In this document: one piece after another, positions 1 to 13,100 of the stretch | How positions within the stretch are numbered: the stretch's first letter is position 1 | Layout of the letters: each line of letters opens with the position of its first letter | Position numbers and translations under genes: made by a program | The notes under the pieces: generated by a model | Databases searched by the model: none | Told to the model about the DNA's origin: nothing | What the model saw: only the letters and a program-made list of their open reading frames with translations | Assembly (NCBI GenBank): GCA_002633005.1 | Contig: NMRA01000228.1 | Location: 585,897 to 649,896 of the forward strand | Length of the DNA: 64,000 nucleotides | Direction of reading: 5' to 3' | From: Phoronis australis | Taxonomy: Eukaryota; Animalia; Phoronida

Positions 1-469
1 GTCTGTATCTCCTTAGCCCGTGAAAGGATCTTTGTGAAATTTGGCAAATAGGCCCCTATACTATGGAGATGGTAATGTGCGATGACGAGTTTCAGACCAA
101 TCCGACTACCACTGTAGCCCCTTGTGGCAATTTCAGTGTTTTTGCGTTTGTCTATCTTTGGAGTTCATCGATGATTTTTTGTGTAATTTTGCAATTAGTC
201 TGTTATGAAGGAGAGAGAAGAATGCATTTACATTTTCAGACAGATTCAACATACTCTGCCCCACCTAGTAGCTGTTGTTATTATTTTTGGCTTTCCGGAG
301 GTCCGCTTCTTTGTCTGCCAAACTAAATGGATCGTTATCAATCGTAGCAGTTGCGTTGCTGATGAGAAAGCAACAGCAGCAGATCGGACGATTCTACTGT
401 GGAGTACACTGGTAGCGATTTTGTATTTTTGAGATCACAGCTGGATTTTTGTTAAAATTTGGAGGTGTT

Positions 470-906
470 GTTTTTCCTATAAATGACTCGAATTTGTCTC
501 CAAACACACCCAAACTCCCGCGATCCACCATATGATAAATTGGCCTACCGAACCTAGGAGTCTACCTTGACCGAACTCTGTAGGCTACCGTACGTTCAAA
601 TACCTATAAATCCGTAACAGTGAAATAAAACAGCACGTACGTTTGTTCAAGAAATGGACGTATTTGTAAGGGTTTTACATAAAAATTTGATGATTTATTG
701 GTGTAAAATGATGCATTCAAGCGATAAGTTGACACCAGTAAGCGTGTTGTGAACGACTTTCGTTCGAACCGATTACGTCATTGGTTAATTTCAAAACCTC
801 CGCCTGCCGTCAGGTGTCAGGTAAAACAACTGAACTTGCTGTTATTGAGTAGAAATACTCGATCTAAATTGATACAAAATAGGTTGTTTTTGGGGTGGCA
901 TTCTCC
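470..906 (-). mobile_element. Kolobok-like element terminal arm (same family as 50954-52684)
   Basis: Reverse complement of ~50954-51370 (shared ctgccgtcaggtgtcaggtaa, caagcgataag.tgacaccagtaa); ends gggtggcattctcc. Confidence 0.75.
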
Positions 907-2402
907 AGAGACCTCATATACACCAAGCAGACGAACAACGTCAACCCTTCAAACTAAAGTCATTTGAAGACAGATGAGGTCACTGTTCATCCGCACGTGC
1001 TGACTTAATCCGCTGACATAAACACTTATTCTGTCTAACGCTGATCAGGGGTTCTGCAATACTTTTACCAATCAACATACAGCCTCGATGATATAACTCA
1101 TCAGTTCTGTGTGCATTTATTGAAGTGGTGAAAAGGAAAACGCTTACAAATATTGAAACTAGAGCTAACCCATCTGATAAACTATTCAGCATGTAATATA
1201 TAGAGTCAGTCATTGGTCTGCTGATTTGACTGTTATCACTACTATTATCAATATCATTTTTATCATTATCATTATTATTAGTAGTAGTAGTAATGTTTAT
1301 TGTACATCGTAGGCTTTGCCTAATCATACATAAATACATAAATTCAAACGTATATTCTGAATATTTACACGGAGAGCAGTTCTTCTCTTAACGCCATGAC
1401 CTTCTGAATATACCATGCGAGGCGCTGGAGGCTGTCATGATTTTTCTGTTGGAATAACCTAACAAGAGAATAGTTAACATTGACAAACTCTGGAAGATTT
1501 CTTCTTGAGTAGAAAAAAACGATTACACACATAATGACTTTTTTGATGTTCTTACGTATGTCTTTACTAATCTATCTTTAGTTTTACTTTAATTCTACAA
1601 AGTATGTATGATGTATTAGATTCAGTTTGAGAGACCCTAACTATAACATAAATGTACTGAAAATAAAAACTAAACTGTGTGCTTTCAATACTGTTTCTAA
1701 GAAAATGTACTAACAAGAATCATTTTAATATAATGCATTGATGTACCCAAATGCAGTAAGAGGAGAACAGCACCCATCCCCACAACAGGAGTGACTCTCG
1801 TGGTACTTGCCACCCCCCCCCCGCCCACGAATAATTTGCAAGTGTAAGGGTGAGGACTTCGAGGCAACCGGCGTAGGAGAGTGGGAAATGGACAATCGAG
1901 AAAAGGACGATGATGGCAAAACGTAGAAAAGATAAACGTTCAACTACCAGTGCTAGATTAGCCTTCGGGGATCAGACGAGGACATTTCAGGTCCTTAGAA
2001 AAAATAACAATTATTGGGAGAGTTGTCACAAGCCAAACAATCCAATTTGACTTCGCTAACCCCCCCCCCCCCCGGCCCCCCCTCACCTTTCTATTACCTC
2101 CACCTGGCCTCCCATTCTCCTGTTGCCGTCAGTTTTGTTCCCTGACTTCCTACATAGGTGAGGGGCAAATCCGGAGGAGGTAACCATCTGAAGTTGAGTG
2201 ACCGTTTTTCAGCAATGAGAAAGATGCCTAAGTGTCAGCGCAGACGGATGGGCTGTCTGCTAGCCTCAAGTGAGCTGACAGCTAACTCACATCCACTGAA
2301 GGTGGGGAAATGTAAATTCGGTGAACTATGGGCTATCCAATGGTCAGTTCAGCTAGAATTCACTTGACACAGGCAGCTCAGTCCGTACCTATCTTTTGTG
2401 CT

Positions 2403-2631
2403 CATGCGCGCACCCAGGGGAGGCTCGGGGGGCTCGACCCCATTTGGCAAAGTGGGCCAAAAGGTCCGCCCCGGAGAGACAAAAAGTCCGAGAAAATGAG
2501 GCATAAGTACATTAAACATGCGCAAACGCGCAATCCACAGTGGTGCTCCCGCTTCTTTGTTACCGAAAAGGTCAACAAAGTCAGCCTAGGAATTCGAGCC
2601 CCCCCCATCTTGAAGGCTGGGTGCGCGCATG
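2403..2631. mobile_element. MITE, TIR CATGCGCGCACCCAG, 5-bp TSD GTGCT
   Basis: 15-bp TIRs; direct repeat gtgct on both flanks; second copy at 6076. Confidence 0.88.
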
Positions 2632-4053
2632 GTGCTGGTCAAAATTCATTTTATTGGTGTATAGTTTTAGTGCCGAAAGTTCATTATATTAGTGTCATCA
2701 CATGGGCGACGCAGCACTGAAAAAAGTGGGGGGTATAGCCCTCCAGCCCCCCTTGTGGTGCACCTCCCATAGACCATGGACGGCGCAGCGTTGAAAAAAG
2801 TGATGTACTTGACTAGATTTCATATTGCTGCACAACTATGTACTGGTTGGTTGAATTAATAAAAATGTTTCATTCAAAAAAACTGTTAATATTGCATCTT
2901 CAGATAAACATAATTCATTACATAATACTTTTCTTAACATTCTTTGCACATTGGACCAAAGTTTTTGGTGAAATAGCATTAAAAAATAAATGGATAAATG
3001 TTTCGGTCTTCCTGCAAAGTCTTGAATAATTTTATTTTCATTAAATAAAACTTAGTATACACTTTTCTGTGCAAGTAATAACATTTAAAAGTTCTAATAT
3101 GAGGGACAACAATTTAAAGGGTTGGGTATACATTTCTACAATTTGCTGGCTGGTATATAATTCTACTAGACTGTGTTCTATATCAAGAATAGGTGACACA
3201 ATGAGTAATAAAATGTTTTTAATCCCCTTGGCATTTATTTGTCGAGAAGCTGTGAAAGAAACCATGGAGTTTGCCGCTTAGCCAGTTCCTTTTGGATTGG
3301 CCAAGTATGAAAGGTCGAAACAAAGGAATTGAACTGAATCCAATTCAATACCTTGTGTCTCTTTTTAAACACTTTCACCAATTTATAATTTCATCCCCTA
3401 GCCTCCTAGTGCCCTCCGCATTGAAGTAAAAAAGTCATTTACAATAAACAGTAACACGTTTGAAACAATAAGTTGAATGAGTCCTGTGAAAATATAAACA
3501 ACATGAAGCACGGGGTTGTGTTGTTTTATGTTCATTGAGATATGCAAGATGCCAAAAATTGCGGAATGTTGAGGAACATTTACAAGATTAGATTGAAGTT
3601 TCAATAGATAACGGAATGCACTGTAGCCATGATGCCATACAGATTAGAATTTTCAAATGTAGTTTACTCAGACCTGGGTCGGTAATTACATCAAAAGTGG
3701 AGTAAAAACTCCAACGCGGCCTGTATCTTCTTTGGTCCTAGTCGTGCTTACACTGGTGTTAAGAGATATTCTTTCGGCTTCGTTTTCGTTAAAACCAGTC
3801 CAAAATGAATAATTTTAACGCAAGTCACCCTCCACTAAGACTAAGAACGTATTACATGCCCATTTCAAAACCATTGGTGTCGCTGCAGGTTCGACCACGA
3901 CTGTTCTCAGAGGGGAGTTCTCAGATGTCGCTTTATTTCACGTCTGCACATGCGCATTAATAAATTCCTTGACATCTGTTGCCAGAGAGTGACGCGAGAA
4001 CGAAAAACTGTTGAAGAGTATTCTCAAATAAATGAGAAAGGAGATCGAATAGT

Positions 4054-4107
4054 ATGGCAGGATTGCAACTCAAAGAAGGCGAGGCAACCTCTACAATATA
4101 TGGAATG
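4054..4107 (+). CDS. TTC30: TTC30 exon 1 (MAGLQLKEGEATSTIYGM)
   Basis: ATG at 4054, donor gtaact at 4108; resembles the TTC30 N-terminus (MAGL..QI.DGEFT..IY) and joins in phase 0 to IKDQKY. Confidence 0.85.
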
Positions 4108-7100
4108 GTAACTGAGTTATAAACTTCTTGTGATACTTTGATTTTGATGGGAGCGAGTGAAATTTCTTCTTGGTTTAAGACATTAAGTGACCACACTCTC
4201 TCCAGACTACCGGAGTCACTGTACGACAATGAAGATCAGAACAACTATTATAGGTTTAAAAGGATATATAAACATTGTTGACGTCACTTCAGAGGTTGGT
4301 TAACATAGGTAGATCGTTAACAGATAAGGCAGTCAGTAAGCGGGTGTTCCAAATCAGGAGGCCCCCACTATGTTATTTCAGAAAGGCAGATAGCTTGTAG
4401 GCAATGACCATCGCCTCTGTTGGCCCGAACCAGAGGCGATGCAGCTCCTATAGGGGCTCGATACGCCGGAAGCTTTTCGGCGAATTATGCCTCGCACTGG
4501 CTAAAGCATGAAAGTCACGTTGTTATAAATACCTTTTGCATATAGAGGGACACCTTAGGAGGTTGTCGGTGTGTTTAATTCCTTCCAACTCGAACAAATA
4601 CTTCCGTTATCGAACTTTTTGTTCGAGCAGTCACTCGTTCAGTTCCCAAAATCGTGAACTCACCATTTTTACACTGCGCACGCTCCAATTTTTACCGCGC
4701 TCGCTAGGTGATGTGACTTCATGACCTCAATCTTTAAATAGGCCAAAGGTGAGCCATTGCGGTCTTGTCAGTCAAATGTTCGTTTCCAAAATGCCACCAC
4801 TTATACTTGTCTTTAATTGGCGTTACTTGAAACTGATTGTATTTCAATGAATTATTGTTTGTATTTGATAAAAATAAATGCTGTTGATATATGACATTTA
4901 ATAGTCTTTGTGCACATATTTGACATTTTAATGTTTAACAACACGGCAAATGCACGGCTGGTTCCCAGCAGCACATACGCAAAGGGCCGGAACTTCATCT
5001 TTCAAAGTTCGCCTGTAGGACCGCAACTTCTGACCTTCGGCCTGGTTAAAAGAATCTCTTGGTGCGCTGAGTGAAAATGTTGAGTTCACGATTTTGGGAA
5101 CTGAAATAGGGACTGCTCGAAGAAAAAGTTTGACAACGGGAGTATTTGTCCGAGTTGGAAGGAATTAAATACATCGACAACCTCCTAAAGTGTTCCTCTA
5201 TGCGCAAAAGGTATTATAACAACGTGACTTTGATGGTTTAGTCGGTGCGAGGCAAAATTCGCCCAAAAGCTTCCGGCGTATGGAGCGCCTATAGGAGCTG
5301 CATCGCCTCTGGTGTAATGCAGCCCGGCAAGCTATTCCAGTCCACGATGTTCTAGGAAAGAATGTATTTTTCCTGTAATCTGTCCTATTTATTGGAATGC
5401 TATAGTTGGATGATCTGGTACAGATGTCTGAGACAGTACTTAAGATCTGCTGTAGGGACAACATCAGAGTTGATCACCGACTTCTTGTCATATTTGAAAA
5501 CATTTTTAGCTGACAGATTTTGCATCTGTGGCTAAGTGTGGACCATTTTAAGGTTTCTAACATTGAACCAACAGAGGATAGACGATTGAACCGTCTCGTG
5601 ACCCAGCGAGCAGCTCACCTCTGTACTGTCTCTACAGCAGCAATGTCTTTATGGGTATAAGGGTCCCAAACAGTAGAGGCGTATTCCAATTTGGGTCGAA
5701 CCATTGTTTTTGTATGCAAACTTCTTACATCGTTGGCTGCTTATACGTAAGTTTCGCCGAAGAAAGCCCAGAGTTTTATTTGCTTCCTTCTGAATGTAGC
5801 TTATATGGGATGACCATTTGAGGTCATGCGAGATGGTGATGCCCAAATATTTAGCCTCCTTGATCGACTTTAGCATCTGATTGTGAAGTATACAGGAGGT
5901 GATCTGGATTTGGCGTTTTCTGGTCAGGGTGAGGGCACTACACTTGTCTGGGTGGAAAATCATAACCCACCTGTCCTCCCACAGAGCAAGACTATCTAAA
6001 TCTGTCTGCAGAGCCTCTCTGTCAGTGGCCGAGTTAGCGATGTAACAAATTGTATCGTCTGCAAATAGTCTGATTCATGCGCGCACCCAGGGGGGCTCGG
6101 GGGGCTCGAACGAGTTGGCGAAGTGGGCAAAAAGGTCTGCCCCCGAGAGACAAAAAGTCCGAGAAAATGGGACAAAAGTCCACTAAATACACTAAAGCAA
6201 AGCACAATTGATAGTGGTGCTCCAGTTTTTTTTGTTTCTTTTTTTTATTTTTTAGTCCGCCGCTCTTTTGTTAGCAAAAGGTTCACAACAACGGGAAATC
6301 GAGCCCCCCCAAATTGAAGGCTGGGTGCGCGCATGTGATTTTAACAGACAGGCCAAGGGGAATATCGTTTATGTATAGTAGGAACAAGCAGGGGCCTATT
6401 ACTGAGCCTTGGGGTACCCAGACTCCAAAGGTATACTTGACGACTTCTCGCCTCTGACAACTACAGCTTGTTGTCGTCCATTTAGGAAACTTTTTATCCA
6501 GTTGTTAACAGTACCTGATATACCGTATTTGTTTAATTTGTGCCTTGGCACTTGGCAGTATTGCAGAGCGCAGGCATCCTTAGCTGTCTGATCGTCCCCA
6601 GTACACCTAAATATATGTACTAGTACATGGTATGACACTCCGGACAAGGAATTCCTTTGGTGCTTCACTTCAGCTGTCCATATAAAACACAAAACTCAAT
6701 AAATTTACACAAAACAGAAGTTCAACAAACCATGAGCAATTGTTCTTTCTTCTACAGTGTCCTGCTCCAACGAGTTTTCAACAAATTCGCTGTCAAAGCA
6801 CAAAATTCCGATGCGTACTATCAATTGTGTCCCATGAAAATTGCCGGTTTTGCCACGGAAGGTCACGGCATCAATATGTATTGAGGACGAACAGAAGCTT
6901 AGGACGCCTGTGTTGCAGAGCCGGTAGACAGTGACCACCGTCTCGACTCTATCTCTAGGCTAGCTGGCCATTAGAGACCGAAGCTTTTTGGCTTATTATT
7001 TCACACACAGCTTAAACCATCAAAGTCCCCTTGTTCTAAGTACCTGTTGTGCTTAGAGGGATGCCTTGGGAGCCCGTCGATGTCTTTAATTCCTTCCAAC

Positions 7101-10100
7101 TCAAATAAATACTTGCATTTACAAACTTTTTCTTTAACAAGTCCTTCATTCAGTTCCAAAAATCGGAAACTGGCCATTTTTACACACCGCACGCCAAGGG
7201 ATATGACGTCATACCTTCTGCTGTGCGCAGTGTAAATGGCCAGGTGCCGATTTGGGGAACTGAACAAAGGACTGCTCGAAGAAAAAGTTTAATAACGGGA
7301 GTATTTTGTTTGAGTTGGAAAGAATTACCGGGTAAATACATCAACGGCCTCCTAAGGTGTCCATCTATGTACAAAAGGAAGCTTTCGGCACACGAAGTGC
7401 CTATAGGAGCTTCACCATCTGTAGTTCACTATATGGTGGTCACTGTCTGTTGCCTTGGCTGACGAACTTTCTGGTGCTATATGTATCTTCAATGAAGCAT
7501 GTCTACGAGCATTAAGATGACTTGGTGAAGAATTCGAACTCCACTTTCTTGGTCGCTATTAACTTTTCCAAGGTGCAGGATAACCACATAGCATTTCATG
7601 ACGTCATTTGAGTTAGGCCACAACAAGCGCAAGACTGAGCAGAGCACTCGACTTGGCAGCTAACACTTGTAAAACGTAGAGTGGGAAGATATCCAGTGAA
7701 CTTTGTAAGATTTGTGTCCCTTAAACCTTTTCTTTGTTAACTTGAGTGATTTCGTGTAACTTTCTTAAAATGGCGAGGGAAGCTCGAGTGAACATTAAAA
7801 AATATGCAGCATTGGTTGAAAACAGCTGCAATAATCGACTTTTGCTGGCAGCCATGACAATTTTGGTCAATGTAGAGGTCATTATTTACTCATTGGGATG
7901 TTCAGTTTTTGTATGATAACATGAAAGGTCTGAAGCTATCAGTGACCTGTAATAATAAATGAGATTTTCCCTGATTCTGATTGGACCGAATATTTGTTTG
8001 TATTTGCCACATGTTGTGTTCCAAATGCCATTATAGTTATTCTCACTTCCAAGCCAGTCAGCCATAACTGTCGGTTCAAATATTGTACAATAACCATTGA
8101 ATGAAAACACCATTGACACATTTGCCTGAAGTGTTTAAGGCACTAAAACTTAGTAACTGTGACAAAATACACGGGTTTCTCTCTTGCGTAATCTATGGTG
8201 TTATCTTTTTGTCAGATTAAGGACCAAAAATATGGAGAAGCAGTTCAGATATTGAACAACGAACTACAGAAGTACCCATCTGTAAGTATATTGTATGATG
8301 TTCAATTTTTGTTCATCATATGAAAAATTGTAAGTTCGTGTTGTATTAAGGTTAGGTGAGACCTCATGTTGTATTGAGGTTAGGTGAGACCTCATGTTAT
8401 TTTGAGGTTAGGTGAGACCTCATGTTGTATTGAGGTTAGGTGAGACCTCATGTTGTTTTGAGGTTAGGTGAGACCTCATGTTGTATTGATGTTTGGTGAG
8501 ACCTCATGTTGTATTAAGGTTAGGTGAGACCTCATGTTGTATTGAGGTTAGGTGAGACTTTATCGACAAGTCTGCATTTAGCGAACTATCTACAAAACTA
8601 TAGAGTTTAACATGAGAAAAATGCTTATTTCTGAAAGCAAAAGCCAGTGTATAATCTGATTTTTGACTTTATGCCAATCTGCCTTTGATGTTTCCCTACT
8701 ATAAATTTCAGCTCAGTTTAGCTAAGCATAAAAGATACGACGGTGTCAACATGTCTAACCAAATTTTAATTGATTTAATATTCAAGGTAAAATCTCGAAA
8801 AGTTTGCCAAATTTGGGCATTTTTCTGTTGTCCTACATAACATTGATTTGTTTAGAAAACTAATCCGTAGCCACCTTGTGTCAAGTAAATTATAATTGTA
8901 ACATTCTTCCTGGTCTTGACCGTGTTCGTGTTCCCTCTGAAAGCCTTTGATTTTCGGTAACTTCTCTCGTCATCTCTTGCATGCTTCACTGAAGTACCTT
9001 CTGACTCGCCCATTTCAGTCACGTGCTGCCCTGTCTCTGCTTGGATACTGTTACTACCAGAGTCAGGACTTTGTTAACGCCGCCGACTGTTACGAACAGC
9101 TAACACAGACTAACCCTGAAGTTGATGACTACAAGCTGTACTATGCTCAGTCCCTGTACAAGGCGAGTCTGCACCAGGAAGCAATGAAAGTAGCCTGTCA
9201 AATTGACAACACGTCCTACTCTACCAAGGTACTTCAGCACTAGTAGTTCTATGTGATGATAGTTCAAAATTGTTAGCCAGTCTGAAGCTCTTGTGCTTAA
9301 TTGGAAGCTTTTGAAGTTTTTAGATATTATGTTAATCCTATCTTCCTTATTGTTTGTGTCTTAAGGCCTGTTTACTCTTGTGATCTTTCTGCAATGGAAC
9401 TATCAAGCGACTTGTGAACACCTCATTGCAGTTGCAGGTGCATGGCGCAACTGTTGAGCAACTGGAGCAAGAACTAGTTGTCATATAGTGTGGACACCTA
9501 TTGGTGATTGAAGGAAACTGGGTGTATTTAATGAGATACTGTCTAGTGTTTCCTAGCTGAATGCTAACAGTTTTTAGGTCTAACAAATGGGGAAGAGATT
9601 AACCTTGGATCACAATACTAGAAATATTTACTTCAGGTAACCTTTCAATATGCGAATGGAACTATATTTGGTTATAGTGCCCTATCCCAGATATCGTGTG
9701 CAAAATTCCAATAGCTTCCATTGATGTCAATCATTTTCAGAGCATAATTATATGCAGTTATTGTAAGCCATAACTTTTATGAAAGAACTGGTCACATTTT
9801 GTGGACAAAAGATCAACTCCTACTGTGGCCATTAATTATTTTCTTCTCAGTTAAACAGTACTGCTGCTATTAAAAACACAAAAAATCATTATTAGCCACT
9901 AGGCTCACCCTGGAAATGTGGACGTCCCAGGCATGTGTTATTTGCTGGAGGTTTTGTGCAAGGAAAGGCAGTTAATTTTTCAAAGAAATTTTACAATAAT
10001 TTCTTTGTAGATGACCCAAATACATCCAGGTGCATTGAATAAAAGGGATATGGTTATGAAACGGTTTATAGACAGACATTGCCTACAATTGAGGGGATAT

Positions 10101-13100
10101 TTAGAACTTGCATTTTTGGGACCGAAAGTTAAATCAATACAGGTCACTTTTATGGAATTGTTTTCATGTTATCTGCTCAATAAAGTACTGTAAATGAAAC
10201 AGAAATCTTTTCTTAACAAATGCTTATTTCATTGGCCACCTGCCTTTTAAAACCTTAAACTCACAACTTTACAATGATACGCATGGTCATTCTAAACAGA
10301 TCATTTGTGATCAGATTTTTAAGATTTTAGAATCCATTTTCCGTAAAGATGGGGATTAATTTTTAAAGTTCAACAATACAAAGTTTTTGTCCAAATGCAC
10401 ACCCTGGGCTTATTAATGGAAACTTTTCCTTGTATTCACCTTATCTGTGTGTTTGTGGGCTTGTCTGCCGAGAACTTCAGTTCACATGGACCTTCAAATT
10501 AACAGCTGTTCCCATGCACTGTTTGCGTCTTCTTACTCCAGGTTATGATGACATAATTGTCATGCGGTGAAGTGTTTAAAATATTCTTCCATTAGTTTGC
10601 ATTGTATGCGCGTATTTAAGATCACCAAGCTGCAAGCTGCAATCAAGTATGAAGAGGAAGACCTGTCAAGTGCCAAGAGCCTGGTGGAACAGTCACCTGC
10701 AGACGACCCAGAGACCGAAGTCAACTTGGGCTGCTTGTTGTTCAAGGTGATACATCTGAATCTTGTTGTGCAGCAGGGGGCGTGCTGGTTGTGTGTGCGT
10801 GCGTGCGTGTGCGTGCGTGCGTGTGTGTGTGACAGCAAAGAAAATGTGCTATTAATACCACTTACAGAAAAGCATCTTCTTGCAGGCATACACAAGCATA
10901 TTTTCTCAACATAAAGCAAATTAGCTGTTGCACCTATGGAGGGCAAAATTTAAAAATGAGATAAAAGAGGCTTCAGATGGTTAAGCTAGCAAATGTTGTC
11001 AAAAGATATACTTGCTATTTGCTTACCATGTACATCCCAAGGTAATAGTTGAATTAGTTACACACACTCCATAGTTGTTAAGCTAAACTAAGGTGTTTAC
11101 CCTCGTCTCACAGTTAATTGAATGTGATCAGTGGAAAGGCATTGATGGGTTGAGTACATTCGATTGATTCTGACAGATTTCATTGTAGGACAAATGGTAA
11201 GAGGGTTATGTGTTTGACAAGAGGTGACCGCATGGAAATGAAAGCATTTGTTGCCAAAGGAGTTCTGCTTGTGTGGTTGGAAAAAGTTTTCTTCAGTTTC
11301 AGTCCAGCGCAATGTTAATGTTACATAGAGGGGGTGAGGGGGTTCATTGGTCACGAGAGAGGATGTTGGAGATGTCTGAACAACCCCAAACTATGTGAAA
11401 GCTGATTTTATAAAATGACTAATTTCATGATAAAAATCAGTTTGTTCAAAAGAATGAAATCGGGCTCTCTACGACCACTAATCACAATTTAACTATTGAC
11501 AAGTTTTAGGCCTGAAAGTCTTATTGCAAACAAGTACACTGCTATAGTAGACTTATACTGTCTAAGTTATTAATGCGAGTATGAGCTTTGTTGATAAATC
11601 AGTCAATTCTCAATTGAATCTGTTGTCCTTACACAGGAGAAGCGGTATGAAGAGGCCTGTCAGAAGTTCACAACTGCCATGCAGGTGTTGGGTTATAGTC
11701 CCGACCTGTCCTACAACATCGCTCTGTGTAACTACATGTTAATGCATTATGCACCGGCTCTCAAACACATTGCAGATATTATTGAAAAAGGAATCAAGGA
11801 ACATCCAGGTTAGTTACACTGTTATACTTGTTGGTTATGTTATTTGGAATTCTAAAAACAACTGTAAGGTCTTTTTTGCTTAGTAATGACAATGCCATGG
11901 TGTTTGAATTAAAAAGATAAAAACCAGAGTATAGCAGTGGTTGGCAGTTTGTAACATGAATTGCTAAATTGGATTAACATCCAGTAAGCTTCGTTTATTG
12001 GGGTCACTTCACAATCAATAGACAAGTGAAACATTGGATAAATATACAGTTTGTTAACCACAACATTGTGAATTACATTTGTTCTGTGGGCTGAAATTCT
12101 TCTTGGTGTTCTTCACATGTGTGGGTGCTTTTAAGGAACTAACTAAAAGTGTTGAGTGTATGAATTGTGAGCAGACGTTTAGTCAATCATGGGTTTTAAC
12201 GTGGACAACTATGGTATTATGTAACAAAGTTTGCTTATCTGGTTGAAATTTGAAAGCTGGGAAATCTCTTAACGAACTAGCATACAACGGCATGCACATA
12301 ACAAGTTCATCTGTATTTTAGACTAAATCAAAATAGACTATGATTTGGAGATCCTAATATAACAGTTCATTGGTGTGTTTCTAGAGCTCAGTGTTGGTAT
12401 GACAACAGAAGGTATAGATGTACGGAGCGTTGGCAACACGTTGACCCTCCATGAGACTGCACTGATTGAAGCATTCAACCTGAAGGCCGCTATAGAGTAC
12501 CAGTTGAAGAATTGTAAGTTAGGTCCTACATCAATAACAACATGGCTACTGCACTACTCAACATATTTAAGTTGGTCCCTTGTGAACGTGGCTCACCGGC
12601 CTGGTAATCTTTGTTTACTGTGAAACACTGCTCACCTCCTGCCAAACGTAGCTCACCTTCTGCTACTGTTCCAAACTCAACAATATACAACTTACGCACC
12701 AAAAAACAGATCCAAGCTCACTGTCATAGCTGACTGACAGGCTCAATATGGTACATGGATGTTAGTTTGTGAGTCGGTGACCATGCCATATTTTTGGTTT
12801 TGTAAGCTATGTTTTGGTGAGTGAGCCCTTTCTTAGCCGGTTTCAAGTTTGTGAGTTGGTGAATTGAGTTCATCAGGCCCATGTGCCATGTTTCTAAGTA
12901 AGGAACTATGTTTATGAATGAGGGAGATCTGTTATCTTTACCACTTGTATATCTAAATGAATTTTGTCAAAATTGTGTTAATCTGTACTGTGTTTTTAAT
13001 TGTTTTCTGCTCGTGTCATTAATGTTTCTACATTTCTTCAATGAAGCTGTTAAACCAGTGTTGAGTGTCATTCTAGAGAGCAATAGGATGTTAACTGAGT

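Noticed and set aside
7001-7267. Protein-like ORF (MASFRFLELNEG...) in a palindrome arm
   Set aside because: The three homologous arms carry in-frame stops, some at shared positions, so it is probably non-coding TIR sequence
8339-8558. CRISPR-like 28-bp palindromic repeat
   Set aside because: Units are head-to-tail with no spacers, there are no cas genes, and it lies in a eukaryotic intron
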